Shown: positions 9,307 to 18,122 of the stretch, piece by piece
How positions within the stretch are numbered: the first letter of the stretch is position 1
How the letters are laid out: the number at the start of each line of letters is the position of its first letter
Assembly (NCBI GenBank): GCA_964492235.1
Contig: CAZBJQ010000003.1
Span: forward strand, 1 to 49,478
DNA: 49,478 bases
Origin: an uncultured Anaerolineaceae bacterium
GTDB lineage: Bacteria; Chloroflexota; Anaerolineae; Anaerolineales; E44-bin32
Reading direction: 5' to 3'
The notes under the pieces: generated by a model
Seen by the model: the letters and a program-made list of their open reading frames with translations, nothing else
What the model was told of the DNA's origin: nothing
Database searches by the model: none
Position numbers and translations under genes: made by a program

Positions 9307-10388
9307 TTGTCGATGGGCACGAGGACATCGCCTGGAACATCCTGACGTTCGGGCGGGATCCAACACGATCCGTGGCTGAAACTCGGGCCCTTGAGAAGGC
9401 CACAGACATCCCGATCCATACCGGTGAGGCGTTGCTGGGATGGCCGGAATGGGTTGCAGGAGGCGTGGCGGTGGTCTTTGCCACGCTGTTTGCCGCACCG
9501 ATCCGACGCAAGGTAGGTCCATGGGAGACGATGTGCTACCGCGACACGCGCCAGGCGCGGGCGCTGTACCTGGCCAGCCTGGGGGCCTACCACCGGCTGG
9601 TCTCGATGCATGGGGACAAGTTCCAGTCCGTCCGCAGCCGGCGCGAGCTGCAGGAAGTGTTGGCGACCTGGGACGGCTGCCCTCCCCTGACTCCGCGGCT
9701 GGGCCTGGTGCTGTTGATGGAAGGCGGGGATGCGGTGGAGCACCCGTCCGAGCTCGACGGCTGGTATGCAGAAGGAGTGCGCATCCTCGGCCCCGCCTGG
9801 ACCGGGACGCGCTATGCGGGCGGCACGCATGAGCCCGGCCCGCTGACAGCGGACGGACGGACGCTGTTGCGCGCTATGGCCGATCTCGGCCTGGCACTGG
9901 ACCTGTCCCATATGACCGAAGACGGTCAGCGAGAGGCGCTGGATACCTATCCGGGGGTGATTCTGGCCTCCCACAGCAATGCCCTGGCGTTGTTGGAGGG
10001 ATCCCCAACGCCGGAGCGCCATCTGACCGATGCGGTCGTGCGCGGCCTGGCCGAGCGGGGTGGGGTTATCGGGCTGGTGCTGTATAACGCCTTCCTCAAG
10101 GGCGGCTGGAAACCCGGAGATGGTCGCCAGGCTGTCGGGTTGGACCGGCTGTGCGCTCAGGTTGACCACATCTGCCAGGTCACAGGCAGCGCGCGCCACG
10201 TCGCTCTGGGGAGCGACTTCGACGGCGGGGTTGGTCTGCACAAGATTCCGGCCGGACTTGACAGTGTCGCCGACCTGCGGTTTATTGGCACGGAGCTCGC
10301 CGCCCGTGGGTACGCTCCGCACGACGTCGAGGCCATCCTTGGGGGGAACTGGCTTTCCCTGTTGCAGCGCCTTCTGCCGGAGACCTGA
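9300..10388 (+). CDS. Membrane (renal-type) dipeptidase, peptidase family M19
   Basis: DGHEDIAWN, LDLSHM, ILASHSNA and GSDFDG motifs. ATG 9300 overlaps the stop of the LLM gene (ATGCTGA). Confidence 0.85.
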   Translation: MLIVDGHEDIAWNILTFGRDPTRSVAETRALEKATDIPIHTGEALLGWPEWVAGGVAVVFATLFAAPIRRKVGPWETMCYRDTRQARALYLASLGAYHRLVSMHGDKFQSVRSRRELQEVLATWDGCPPLTPRLGLVLLMEGGDAVEHPSELDGWYAEGVRILGPAWTGTRYAGGTHEPGPLTADGRTLLRAMADLGLALDLSHMTEDGQREALDTYPGVILASHSNALALLEGSPTPERHLTDAVVRGLAERGGVIGLVLYNAFLKGGWKPGDGRQAVGLDRLCAQVDHICQVTGSARHVALGSDFDGGVGLHKIPAGLDSVADLRFIGTELAARGYAPHDVEAILGGNWLSLLQRLLPET

Positions 10389-10392
10389 TTAC

Positions 10393-10857
10393 ATGCCCGG
10401 GGCCAAACTGACCGCACGCCAGGTTCGATGGGCGCGTCGCTGGATGACGCTGGTGCTGTTTGGATTCGTTGTCTTCATCATCGGTGTGGAGCCCGACCTG
10501 ATCGGCATGGACCGCAGCCCGGTGGTTGGATTCGTTCAGCTGTACACCTGGTTGAGCGGTCTGGCGATCTTGCTGGCCAGCGCTTACATGACGGTGCGCG
10601 TCGTGCGCAACGGAAGACCCCTGAGCCTGCGGGCCGAGGTCGGTGTGCGCCTGATCGCCACCGGATACGTCGTGGCGGTCGCCGCCTCCTTCGCGGACTT
10701 TCTCGGTATCGGCTCACACACACTGCGCGGGGGACTGTACTTCGGCGAAGTGCAGGTACTTGGATTGGTGATCGGCCTGCTGACGAGTCTGGTGGGGGTG
10801 ATCCTGTATTGGCCGCGCGGCCCCAAACCTGTTGAGCCCACGCCGGGAGAGTTGTGA
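10393..10857 (+). CDS. 4-TM membrane protein of unknown function
   Basis: Track ORF 10030..10857 trimmed to ATG 10393, 5 nt after the dipeptidase stop. Four hydrophobic helices follow from there. Confidence 0.55.
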   Translation: MPGAKLTARQVRWARRWMTLVLFGFVVFIIGVEPDLIGMDRSPVVGFVQLYTWLSGLAILLASAYMTVRVVRNGRPLSLRAEVGVRLIATGYVVAVAASFADFLGIGSHTLRGGLYFGEVQVLGLVIGLLTSLVGVILYWPRGPKPVEPTPGEL

Positions 10858-10997
10858 GGCATACCTCTCCAGGTGGGTTTCGCGATAGGTGGGTGATCGG
10901 GCGGCAGCCCTAGCACTTTACCCCTGCAAGGGAATCCCTGTGAACGACCCTTTCGAACGCAGCCGGTCTTCGCCACGCAACCGACGGACGGTGAAGT

Positions 10998-12026
10998 CTA
11001 TAGCTTGGTGCCGGCCATCTTCTCGCTGGAGTGTCCCGGGAACAGCTTGCCGCCGGGCCGGACCAGGGTGTAGGCATAGTTGACGGCGGCCGTCACCAGG
11101 CCGTAGCCGATCACGATCAAGTTCAGGGGATCCTGGTTTTCCTCCAGCGCCACGTCGCCGGCGGCATACACCCCGGGCAGGTTGGTCTCCCCCTTGGAGT
11201 TGACCTTGACGTAGCGCCGGCCGATGGTCTCCAGACCCCATTGGTGAATGGCTCCCAGGTCAGCCTTGAAGCCGAGCGCCAGAATGACCTCGTCGACTGG
11301 CAAGGTCGCCTCGGCCAGGGTGCGGTTGTCGAAGATCACGGCGGTGGTCACGTGGCCTTTCCCCTCCAGCGTGCGCAGTTCGTGGAACAAGCGGACATCG
11401 ACGGACGACGACTTCAATGCGTTGACCGACGTGTCGTGGGCGCGGAATCCATCGCGCCGATGGACCAGCGTGACGCGGTTGGCGATTGGCTGCAACGCCA
11501 GCGCCCAGTCGACGGCCGAGTCGCCCCCGCCGACAATCATGACACGCCGGTTGCGGTATGTGTTCAGATCCCGAACCATGTACTCAACGCCCCGGCCGAC
11601 GAAGGCCTTGATCGCTTCATCTTTCAAGGTCACCGGCTCGAAGGCACCGACGCCCACCGCCAGGACCAGCGTGCGGGTGTAGTGCTTGCCCTTGTCGGTT
11701 TCGATCAGCCAGCAAGTCTCCGCCCCGGCGCCGCCCGGCACGGCAACCTGATGCAGACCAACCGCGCGCTCACTCATGGCGAAGACGGGGTTCCATTGTG
11801 AAGCCTGCCGGACCAGGTTCGCCACCAGATCCTTCGACAGGATGGCGGGAAGACCGGGGGAATCGTAGATCGTCTTCTCGGGGTAGAGGGCGATCAACTG
11901 GCCCCCAGGCTGCGGCAAGGCATCAATCACCTTAACCGACATTTCCCGCAGGCCGGCGTAGAACGCGCCGAAAAGCCCCGTCGGGCCGGCGCCAATGAAT
12001 GTGATGTCGAATACCCGGTCAGACAT
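10998..12026 (-). CDS. Ferredoxin-NADP+ reductase, thioredoxin-reductase-like (YumC) type
   Basis: FAD motif FIGAGPTGLFGAFYAG and NADPH motif IVGGGDSAVDWA. 342 aa. Confidence 0.85.
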   Translation of the reverse strand: MSDRVFDITFIGAGPTGLFGAFYAGLREMSVKVIDALPQPGGQLIALYPEKTIYDSPGLPAILSKDLVANLVRQASQWNPVFAMSERAVGLHQVAVPGGAGAETCWLIETDKGKHYTRTLVLAVGVGAFEPVTLKDEAIKAFVGRGVEYMVRDLNTYRNRRVMIVGGGDSAVDWALALQPIANRVTLVHRRDGFRAHDTSVNALKSSSVDVRLFHELRTLEGKGHVTTAVIFDNRTLAEATLPVDEVILALGFKADLGAIHQWGLETIGRRYVKVNSKGETNLPGVYAAGDVALEENQDPLNLIVIGYGLVTAAVNYAYTLVRPGGKLFPGHSSEKMAGTKL

Positions 12027-12109
12027 ACTAAGGTCGTCTCCTGTCGTCGGGGGGAAGCAGGGGGCGGATCATATGAAGCCAGCTGTAGGCCGTCGATATG
12101 AGATGCGCC

Positions 12110-12907
12110 TCATGCCAGGGTGAGGATGGCAAGCACGGCCAGCCCGATCAACGCCGTCAGGGCGACCAGCACCCCCAGCCGCACTCGGCGCCAGGATTGG
12201 GTGTCAAGCATGCGCATCTGGCCGGTCTCCGTCCAGCGCGCCTCATAGCGCGGGCCAAACAGCAGGCCGAGGGTAATGCCCGTTAGAAACCCGCCCAGGT
12301 GGGCCCAGAAGTCAATGCCCGGTGTGAGCCCGATCACCAGGTTGAGGGCGGCCACCACCGCAATCTGGCGAAGCTGGACGTTGCCGGTCGGCCCAAAGGT
12401 CGAGCGGTGCACGAACCAGAAGGCGCCGAGCATCCCCAGCAGGCCGAATATCGCGCCCGATGCGCCAACGGAAGGCGAGAGATTGAAAGCCAGGCTGGAG
12501 ATGGCTCCGGCGAAGCCGCACAGTAGATAGAAGGCCAGGAAGCGGGCGCGGCCGAACAACTGCTCGCCGGCCGGACCGATCACGTACAACGAGTACATGT
12601 TGACGAACAAGTGAGCCACGCCGGCGTGGATAAAGACCGGCGAGATCAGTCGCCAGTACTGGCCGGCGGCGATAGCCGCATTGTCTTTGGCACCCAGGCC
12701 GATAACCAGGTCAACCCCGGCTAGGCTGCTCAGCACGATCTGCACTACGAAGACGGTCAGGTTGAAGCCGATCAGACTGAACGTCAGTGGGTATGCCCGG
12801 ATCATGGCGCCCAGACTGGGGGCGCCCCGGCGCAGGCCGTCCGGCGTGCGGCGCGGCGCGGGCGTCGACTCTACGGGGCCGGATGGCAAATTGCCGGGCT
12901 CGGTCAC
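12110..12907 (-). CDS. Rhomboid family intramembrane serine protease
   Basis: Catalytic GASGAIFGLLG and HLGGFLTG motifs plus the HxxxN helix (HAGVAHLFVNM). Start overlaps the gmk stop by 4 nt. Confidence 0.9.
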   Translation of the reverse strand: MTEPGNLPSGPVESTPAPRRTPDGLRRGAPSLGAMIRAYPLTFSLIGFNLTVFVVQIVLSSLAGVDLVIGLGAKDNAAIAAGQYWRLISPVFIHAGVAHLFVNMYSLYVIGPAGEQLFGRARFLAFYLLCGFAGAISSLAFNLSPSVGASGAIFGLLGMLGAFWFVHRSTFGPTGNVQLRQIAVVAALNLVIGLTPGIDFWAHLGGFLTGITLGLLFGPRYEARWTETGQMRMLDTQSWRRVRLGVLVALTALIGLAVLAILTLA

Positions 12908-13527
12908 AAAGTCACCCGGCGGGGGTGAATGCGATGGTGCTCGGCGTCGATGATGGCCTCAATCATGTCGACCGCTGCGTCCAGTTCTGAGTCGGCGTTC
13001 ACCACGTAGTAGTCAAAGACATCCATGCGCTTCAGCTCCCGCCGGGCCGTCTCGATTCGGAGCTGTAGGTCCTGAGGGGACTCAGTGTTGCGAGACTTCA
13101 GGCGGCGAACCATCTCTTCATCGCTCTTTGGGACCAGGAAGATCAGCAGTGCCTCGGGGCACAAGGCCCGGATGGTCTCCGCGCCCTGGACATCGATGCG
13201 CATGACCACGTCCTGACCGCTGGCCAACGCCTGGCGCACCTGCTGTTTGGGGATACCCTTGTAGTCGTTGTAGACGATGGCGTGCTCGAGCAATTCGCCG
13301 TGCTCGATCATCTCGGCGAATCGACTGTGGCTGACGAAGAAGTAGTCCCTGCCGTCGACTTCCCCGGGCCGGGGTTGCCGGGTGGTGGCGGTGACCACGA
13401 AGTGGAAGGGGAGCCCGCGTTCCTTCATTCGCCGGAGCACCGTGTCTTTTCCAGCGCCCGACGCGCCGGAGATCACGATCAACAGTGGTTGGCGTGCAGC
13501 CGGGGAGAACCCCTCGTCCACACTCAT
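12904..13527 (-). CDS. gmk: Guanylate kinase
   Basis: P-loop ISGASGAGKDT and TTRQPRPGEVDGRDYFFVS. Trimmed to ATG 13527, which has GGAGA just upstream. Confidence 0.9.
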   Translation of the reverse strand: MSVDEGFSPAARQPLLIVISGASGAGKDTVLRRMKERGLPFHFVVTATTRQPRPGEVDGRDYFFVSHSRFAEMIEHGELLEHAIVYNDYKGIPKQQVRQALASGQDVVMRIDVQGAETIRALCPEALLIFLVPKSDEEMVRRLKSRNTESPQDLQLRIETARRELKRMDVFDYYVVNADSELDAAVDMIEAIIDAEHHRIHPRRVTL

Positions 13528-13572
13528 TCTCCTTAAGTGCGGGTCAGTATAATGCAAGTGCTGGAGGGTGCG

Positions 13573-13971
13573 ATGCCGGCCTACGAATACCGCTGCCTGG
13601 ATTGCCGCAAACGGGTGTCGATCTATCAGACCTACGCCGAGTATGGCCGCCAACCGGTCAGTTGCCCCAAGTGCGGCAGTGCCAATCTGAAGCGGCTGAT
13701 CACCCGCATCCGGGTCGTGCGTTCCGAAGAATCCCGGATGGACTCGCTTTCCGGCGAAAGTGACTGGGACTCGGTCGATGAGGAGGATCCGCGGGCGATG
13801 GCGCGCATGATGCGCAAGATGGGCCAGGAGATGGGTGAGGACCTCCCGCCCGAGTTCGGCGAGGTCGTCGATCGCATGGAAGCCGGCGAGGACCCGGACG
13901 AGATCGAGAAGGATTTCCCGGAGCTGTCCGGTAGCGGCACAGGGGGCGAGGACGACTTCGAGGACTTCTAG
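13573..13971 (+). CDS. FmdB-family zinc-ribbon protein with an acidic C-terminal tail
   Basis: MPAYEYRCLDC...CPKCGS (two CxxC pairs). GGAGGG at 13564-13569 and TATAAT at 13548-13553. Divergent from gmk. Confidence 0.75.
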   Translation: MPAYEYRCLDCRKRVSIYQTYAEYGRQPVSCPKCGSANLKRLITRIRVVRSEESRMDSLSGESDWDSVDEEDPRAMARMMRKMGQEMGEDLPPEFGEVVDRMEAGEDPDEIEKDFPELSGSGTGGEDDFEDF

Positions 13972-14215
13972 CGCGCCCTGCAGGGATTCTCAACTCTTCA
14001 CGTCCGCCACCCCATACAGCGACCTCACCCCCCGGCAGCCCTACGGATGATCCACATCTCCGAAGTCGACTCCAGCAGGCTGTCTGGACCCGAGTCGCCT
14101 CGAGCCGCCTCGCGCCCGATGAAGATCTGGACATGTCGGCGCCGGCCGCGGTCCGGCTCAAGCAAGCGCTTACCCATCCCTGGATGGCGGGCGCCCGACG
14201 CCCCGATCAGTCCCG

Positions 14216-14523
14216 TTAAACCGGCAGCACTTGCCGCACCTTGCGCACCCGGTGCGGCGAGGTCTCCGGGTAATCCAGGTTCTCCTTGTGGGGTCCCCAG
14301 GCGGTGCCCAGGGCTGGCGAGCCCTGCACCAGCGTTCCGAACGCCTCGCCGCAGGTGGCGAGGTAGATCGGTGCAGTGGTTCATGGGCCAGGTGATGCCG
14401 CATCCAGGAGGCAGGGTGATACGGCAGCCACGGGTGGCGGGCCTGGTCGCTGCACAGCAGAAAGCCGCCTTTCCGTGTTTCCGCCAGAACCACTACATCT
14501 TCCTGCTGTGCCATGTCAGCCAC
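14216..14523 (-). pseudogene. Possible frameshifted ORF of unknown function
   Basis: One minus frame reads ...RYRIILPAEEQAWVADMAQQEDVVVLAETRKGGFLLCSDQARHPWLPYHPASWM... and then degenerates. A different frame continues with protein-like text, TTAPIYLATCGEAFGTLVQGSPALGTAWGPHKENLDYPETSPHRVRKVRQVLPV, to a stop at 14216-14218. No family recognised. Confidence 0.25.
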
Positions 14524-14735
14524 CCAAGCCTGCTCCTCTGCGGGAAGGATGATCCGGTATCGAAGGCCGTGAGACGGAGAGATATTGCCCGTACTTGCTG
14601 GAATTCAGGATACCTGAGCCCATCGAGGGGATGTAGATGCGGCCGAGACATGGGACGGCTGGCGGCCGTCGTTAGGTGCGATTGCACCGCTGCATGGCGT
14701 AGAATCAAGGGAGCCTGATCGATTGGGAGCACGCC

Positions 14736-15596
14736 ATGGCCAAGAGAATTGGCTCGGTCCTCTTTCCGGTCCTTTCCCTGCTGCTGCTCTCTCTGGCCTG
14801 TGCCGCGCCGGCGCCCGTTGCCACTCCGCCACCCGAGGACCTGGCAACGCGGGTCCAGGCCACGCTCGAGGCCTTGCCGACCCAGGCCCAACCGGCGGCG
14901 GCACCTTCGGCCACGCTACCGCCGTCGGCAACCCCGGAGCCCACAGCCACATCGCCCAGTGCGACGCCAACCGCCGAGGCCACGGGGACCGTCACCCCGA
15001 CCGAAACGTCCGTGAGCGGTGACCCGCGCAGCCAGCTTGGCAACCCAGCCTGGCGGGATGACTTTTACTCCGGCAACAACTGGACCCTCGGCGAAGACAG
15101 CTTCACCCGGGCGAAGGTCGAGGACGGACGCCTGTTCCTGACGGGGCTGACGAAGACCGACGGCTGGCGCATGACTTGGCCGGAGGTCAAAGACTTCTAT
15201 TTGGAAGCCATGATCGACTCGGGGGATTGCGAGGGCAACGACCACTTCGGGTTGATCTTCCGGGTCCCGGATCGCCATGCGGCAGAGGATGGTTATCTGC
15301 TGGGCTTCACCTGTGACGGGCGCTACTGGCTGCGGTTATGGGACGGAGAAGCGATGACGACCCTCGTCCCGCTGACGGCCACCACTGCCATCCTCACCGG
15401 GCCCAACCGGGAGAACCGGATCGGCGTGTGGGCCAATGGCGAGGAACTGACGCTGTTTGCCAACGGCCAGCAGTTGCAGGAAGTACAGGATGAGGCCTTG
15501 AAAGACGAGGGCGGTTTCGGTTTGTTCGTCGGGGCGCGCAAGTCCGGGAACCTGACGATCGAGGGCGACGAGATCGCCTATTGGGATCTGCCCTAG
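14736..15596 (+). CDS. Lipoprotein with Pro/Thr/Ala-rich linker and concanavalin-like (DUF1080-like) C-terminal domain
   Basis: Signal peptide with lipobox LSLAC, linker of about 70 aa, then a beta-rich domain (GRLFLTG...DFYLEAMI...HFGLIFRV...GYLLGF). TAGAAT at 14700-14705 and GGGAG upstream of the ATG. Confidence 0.75.
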   Translation: MAKRIGSVLFPVLSLLLLSLACAAPAPVATPPPEDLATRVQATLEALPTQAQPAAAPSATLPPSATPEPTATSPSATPTAEATGTVTPTETSVSGDPRSQLGNPAWRDDFYSGNNWTLGEDSFTRAKVEDGRLFLTGLTKTDGWRMTWPEVKDFYLEAMIDSGDCEGNDHFGLIFRVPDRHAAEDGYLLGFTCDGRYWLRLWDGEAMTTLVPLTATTAILTGPNRENRIGVWANGEELTLFANGQQLQEVQDEALKDEGGFGLFVGARKSGNLTIEGDEIAYWDLP

Positions 15597-15776
15597 CGCC
15601 CGGGCGGGCGCGCCACCATCCCGGAATACCCTCCGCTTCGGGGTGAGAACGGCCAATCCGTCCCTCTCGTCCCGCTTACCCCTCCCGTCAGGCGGCCGTC
15701 AGCCAGGCTTTCGGCTGACGGCCTCGACTTGCACGATAATGAGGGCGCTAAATTTCCGTCAGCGGAGGTGCCCGGG

Positions 15777-16643
15777 ATGCCTGGAAAACCGCTTCTCCCC
15801 ATTGCAGCCCTCCTCGGACTCTTGAGCGCCGCATTCGGATGTTCCGGCGCCTCCCTGCCCGGCGCTCTCTCTGTCGCGGAGGACCTTGGACCATCAGCGG
15901 CCGTCACCCTGCCCCCGGTGTGGACCGAAACTCCCACCCCGACGATCACCCTTCCGGCCGCAACACCGACGGCTACGCTCGTGCCGACGGAGGCGCCGCG
16001 CCAGCTGCAGACGACCCAGGGCGTGCCGCTGCCTACCGCCGTGGTGGTTGAGGTCGGCGGCACGGAGCCCGATCTGGCGGGATGGAAGCGGATCGACGTC
16101 GAGTCTGCGTTCTTCTGGGTCCCGGCCAGCTACCAGGTCGTCGACATGGGCGAGCTAGGCGAGGCCATGCTGCTGATGATGCAGGTCTTTGCCGAGGGGA
16201 TGGTCGAGGCCTTCCGCGGCCTGGTGACACCCGAGCCGGGCGTGACCCCTACCCCACTCTCGTTGGACGAGATGAATACCGCCTTCCAGATCGACATGCT
16301 GATGGCCGCCGATGAGGCTGGAGGCTCGGTCGTGTTCCTTGTGGGCGAGCCTCGGCCATCCGACGCCGACCTGCAGACGATGTTGCTGAAAGCGATTGAA
16401 GACAACGCGAATGTGGTGCTGGTCGAGAAGACGGAGCTGATCTACGGTGCGCGCTACCAGATGGCCCGGGCTTTGCTGCGTGTACGGGATGCCGAGTCCG
16501 GCCAGGTCAGCCGCCATGCGGCATATCTGATCGCGAGCGCCGACCGACTTTGGACGCTCTCGTTCCAGGCCGAACCAGACAGCTTTGATGGCCTGCTGCC
16601 TGTGTTCGAGCGCAGCGCCTTGAGCCTGCAGGCCCAACCGTAG
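15777..16643 (+). CDS. Lipoprotein of unknown function
   Basis: Trimmed to ATG 15777, with GGAGGTG upstream. Lipobox LSAAFGC, a Pro/Thr-rich linker, then a globular domain of about 190 aa. Confidence 0.7.
   Translation: MPGKPLLPIAALLGLLSAAFGCSGASLPGALSVAEDLGPSAAVTLPPVWTETPTPTITLPAATPTATLVPTEAPRQLQTTQGVPLPTAVVVEVGGTEPDLAGWKRIDVESAFFWVPASYQVVDMGELGEAMLLMMQVFAEGMVEAFRGLVTPEPGVTPTPLSLDEMNTAFQIDMLMAADEAGGSVVFLVGEPRPSDADLQTMLLKAIEDNANVVLVEKTELIYGARYQMARALLRVRDAESGQVSRHAAYLIASADRLWTLSFQAEPDSFDGLLPVFERSALSLQAQP
16527..16634 (+). repeat. Direct repeat copy A, the intact 3' end of the lipoprotein gene
   Basis: 108 nt aligned by eye to 17433-17540 with 8 mismatches and no gaps. Confidence 0.85.
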
Positions 16644-16817
16644 GCGGGAGGATTCGTCCGTGCGGCCTTTCGCCGCATGGACCCCACAGACTGAACATGT
16701 CAACTCTGAGCCGGTCCGGCACGAAACCGGCTAGGTCGGTGCCGGTGGGTTCGAGCACCTGGGTCGAGCTTCGCGCCGCAGGCGACTCATGGGTGGGTGG
16801 ACGTACCGGTCCCTATA

Positions 16818-17315
16818 TCATCCAGGCGGGAGCTGTCCTGGTTGGTGCTTCTTTCCATAGCGGTTCACCATGGATAGCCAGAGAAGGATGACCGGCTGGC
16901 CAAGCGTGATGACCACCAGTGACATCCCTGCCGTTACGGTGAGGAAAACCTCCGGTGGGGTTTCGGAAGCGCCGATGCTGGTGACCATTGTGATCCCATA
17001 CCAGGCGACCAGAAACGCGGCCAGGGTGAACACCACCCAAACGATGCCCCAGCCGATTCGGGACACGCGTTGGGTCTGAACCAGCCGATAGCAGAGCAGG
17101 CCGACGACGATGATCCCCACGGCCCCCGGGATAGGGCCAAGGGCCCAGGAACAGAAGCCCGCCAGCCCCGCCGGCTCCAGGGAGGATGGATCGGCGATCT
17201 GAATCAGGGTCAACAGGACGCAGTTGGTGCCGAGGCACGGAACCGGAAAGAGCAGTGGCACGAGCACGGGCAGGAACAAGAGCGCAGCGAAACGAACGGA
17301 AGGCGGAATCCTCAT
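16818..17315 (-). CDS. Small 4-TM membrane protein of unknown function
   Basis: 165 aa with four hydrophobic helices. GGGAGA upstream of the ATG at 17315. Lies between the two copies of the 108-nt repeat. Confidence 0.55.
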   Translation of the reverse strand: MRIPPSVRFAALLFLPVLVPLLFPVPCLGTNCVLLTLIQIADPSSLEPAGLAGFCSWALGPIPGAVGIIVVGLLCYRLVQTQRVSRIGWGIVWVVFTLAAFLVAWYGITMVTSIGASETPPEVFLTVTAGMSLVVITLGQPVILLWLSMVNRYGKKHQPGQLPPG

Positions 17316-17432
17316 CGTCGGTGTTCTCCCGCAGCCACTTTCACACAGCTAGCCTCGCGGAATGTGTCAACCCTCCTCAGAAGCTCTCATCCATCTGGAA
17401 CTTCCCGTCAGATCAGCCGCTAGGCGTTGTAA

Positions 17433-17540
17433 CTGATCGCGAGCGCCGACCGACTTTGGACGCTCTCGTTCCAGGCTGAACCGGACAGCTTTGATAGCCT
17501 GCTGGCTGTGTTCGAGCGCGGCGCCTTGAGTCTGGAAGCC
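17433..17540 (+). repeat. Direct repeat copy B, an orphan fragment of a lipoprotein-gene 3' end
   Basis: About 93 percent identical to 16527-16634. Weaker similarity extends back to about 17413, where in-frame TAG and TAA occur. No upstream coding body. Confidence 0.85.
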
Positions 17541-17651
17541 AAGCTCCGAGCACCCTGGCGGCCCGCATCCGGTGGTGCGCGCCGAGGGTTCGGGAGAAGC
17601 GTGTCCAGCCCAGGTGCAGGGCTACTCCCTGTCAGGGCTGGCCTCCCTTCG

Positions 17652-18116
17652 CTAAGTGCACGTGTGTTGGATCGTCTCGAGCACCGCCTCCAGATTCTCG
17701 TTGACGTCTCGGTTCGTGAACCGGATGACGCGGAGGCCATGCTCCTCAAGGTACGCCGTTCGGGCTGCATCATGGGCGGCTTGGTTCGGCTCTGCGTGTG
17801 AATCCCCGTCGATTTCGATGCCCAGCCTGGCGCTGGCACAGTTGAAGTCGGCGATGAACTGGTCAAGGAGTACGTGCTGCCTGCGGATGTGGACGCCGGC
17901 TTGGTGGTGCCGCACCCGGTCCCAGACGAGCTTCTCGGCAGGGGTGAGGGGGTGGCGCAGGTCCCGGGAGCGGAGGCGGAGGCGTGGTGGGACGCGGCGG
18001 AGCGGGTCGTGGCCGGGCAAGGTGGTTTCCCCCTGTGGAGAAACCCCCACCCTAACCCTCCCCCTGGAAGGGGGAGGAACGGGGTGGGGGTCGGTCTTCA
18101 ACCATCCGAACCTCAT
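17652..18116 (-). CDS. DUF559 (Vsr-like) endonuclease-domain protein
   Basis: LTPAEKLVWDRVR...FIADFNCASARLGIEIDGDSH...RTAYLEEHGLRVIRFTNRDV. The N-terminal Gly/Pro/Arg-rich segment is encoded by a GC hairpin. The true start is uncertain. Confidence 0.8.
   Translation of the reverse strand: MRFGWLKTDPHPVPPPSRGRVRVGVSPQGETTLPGHDPLRRVPPRLRLRSRDLRHPLTPAEKLVWDRVRHHQAGVHIRRQHVLLDQFIADFNCASARLGIEIDGDSHAEPNQAAHDAARTAYLEEHGLRVIRFTNRDVNENLEAVLETIQHTCT
18044..18090. repeat. Imperfect GC-rich palindrome inside the 5' part of the DUF559 gene
   Basis: cccccaccctaaccctccccc-tggaa-gggggaggaacggggtggggg. The arms are complementary apart from small bulges. Confidence 0.7.
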
Positions 18117-18122
18117 CCTCGC

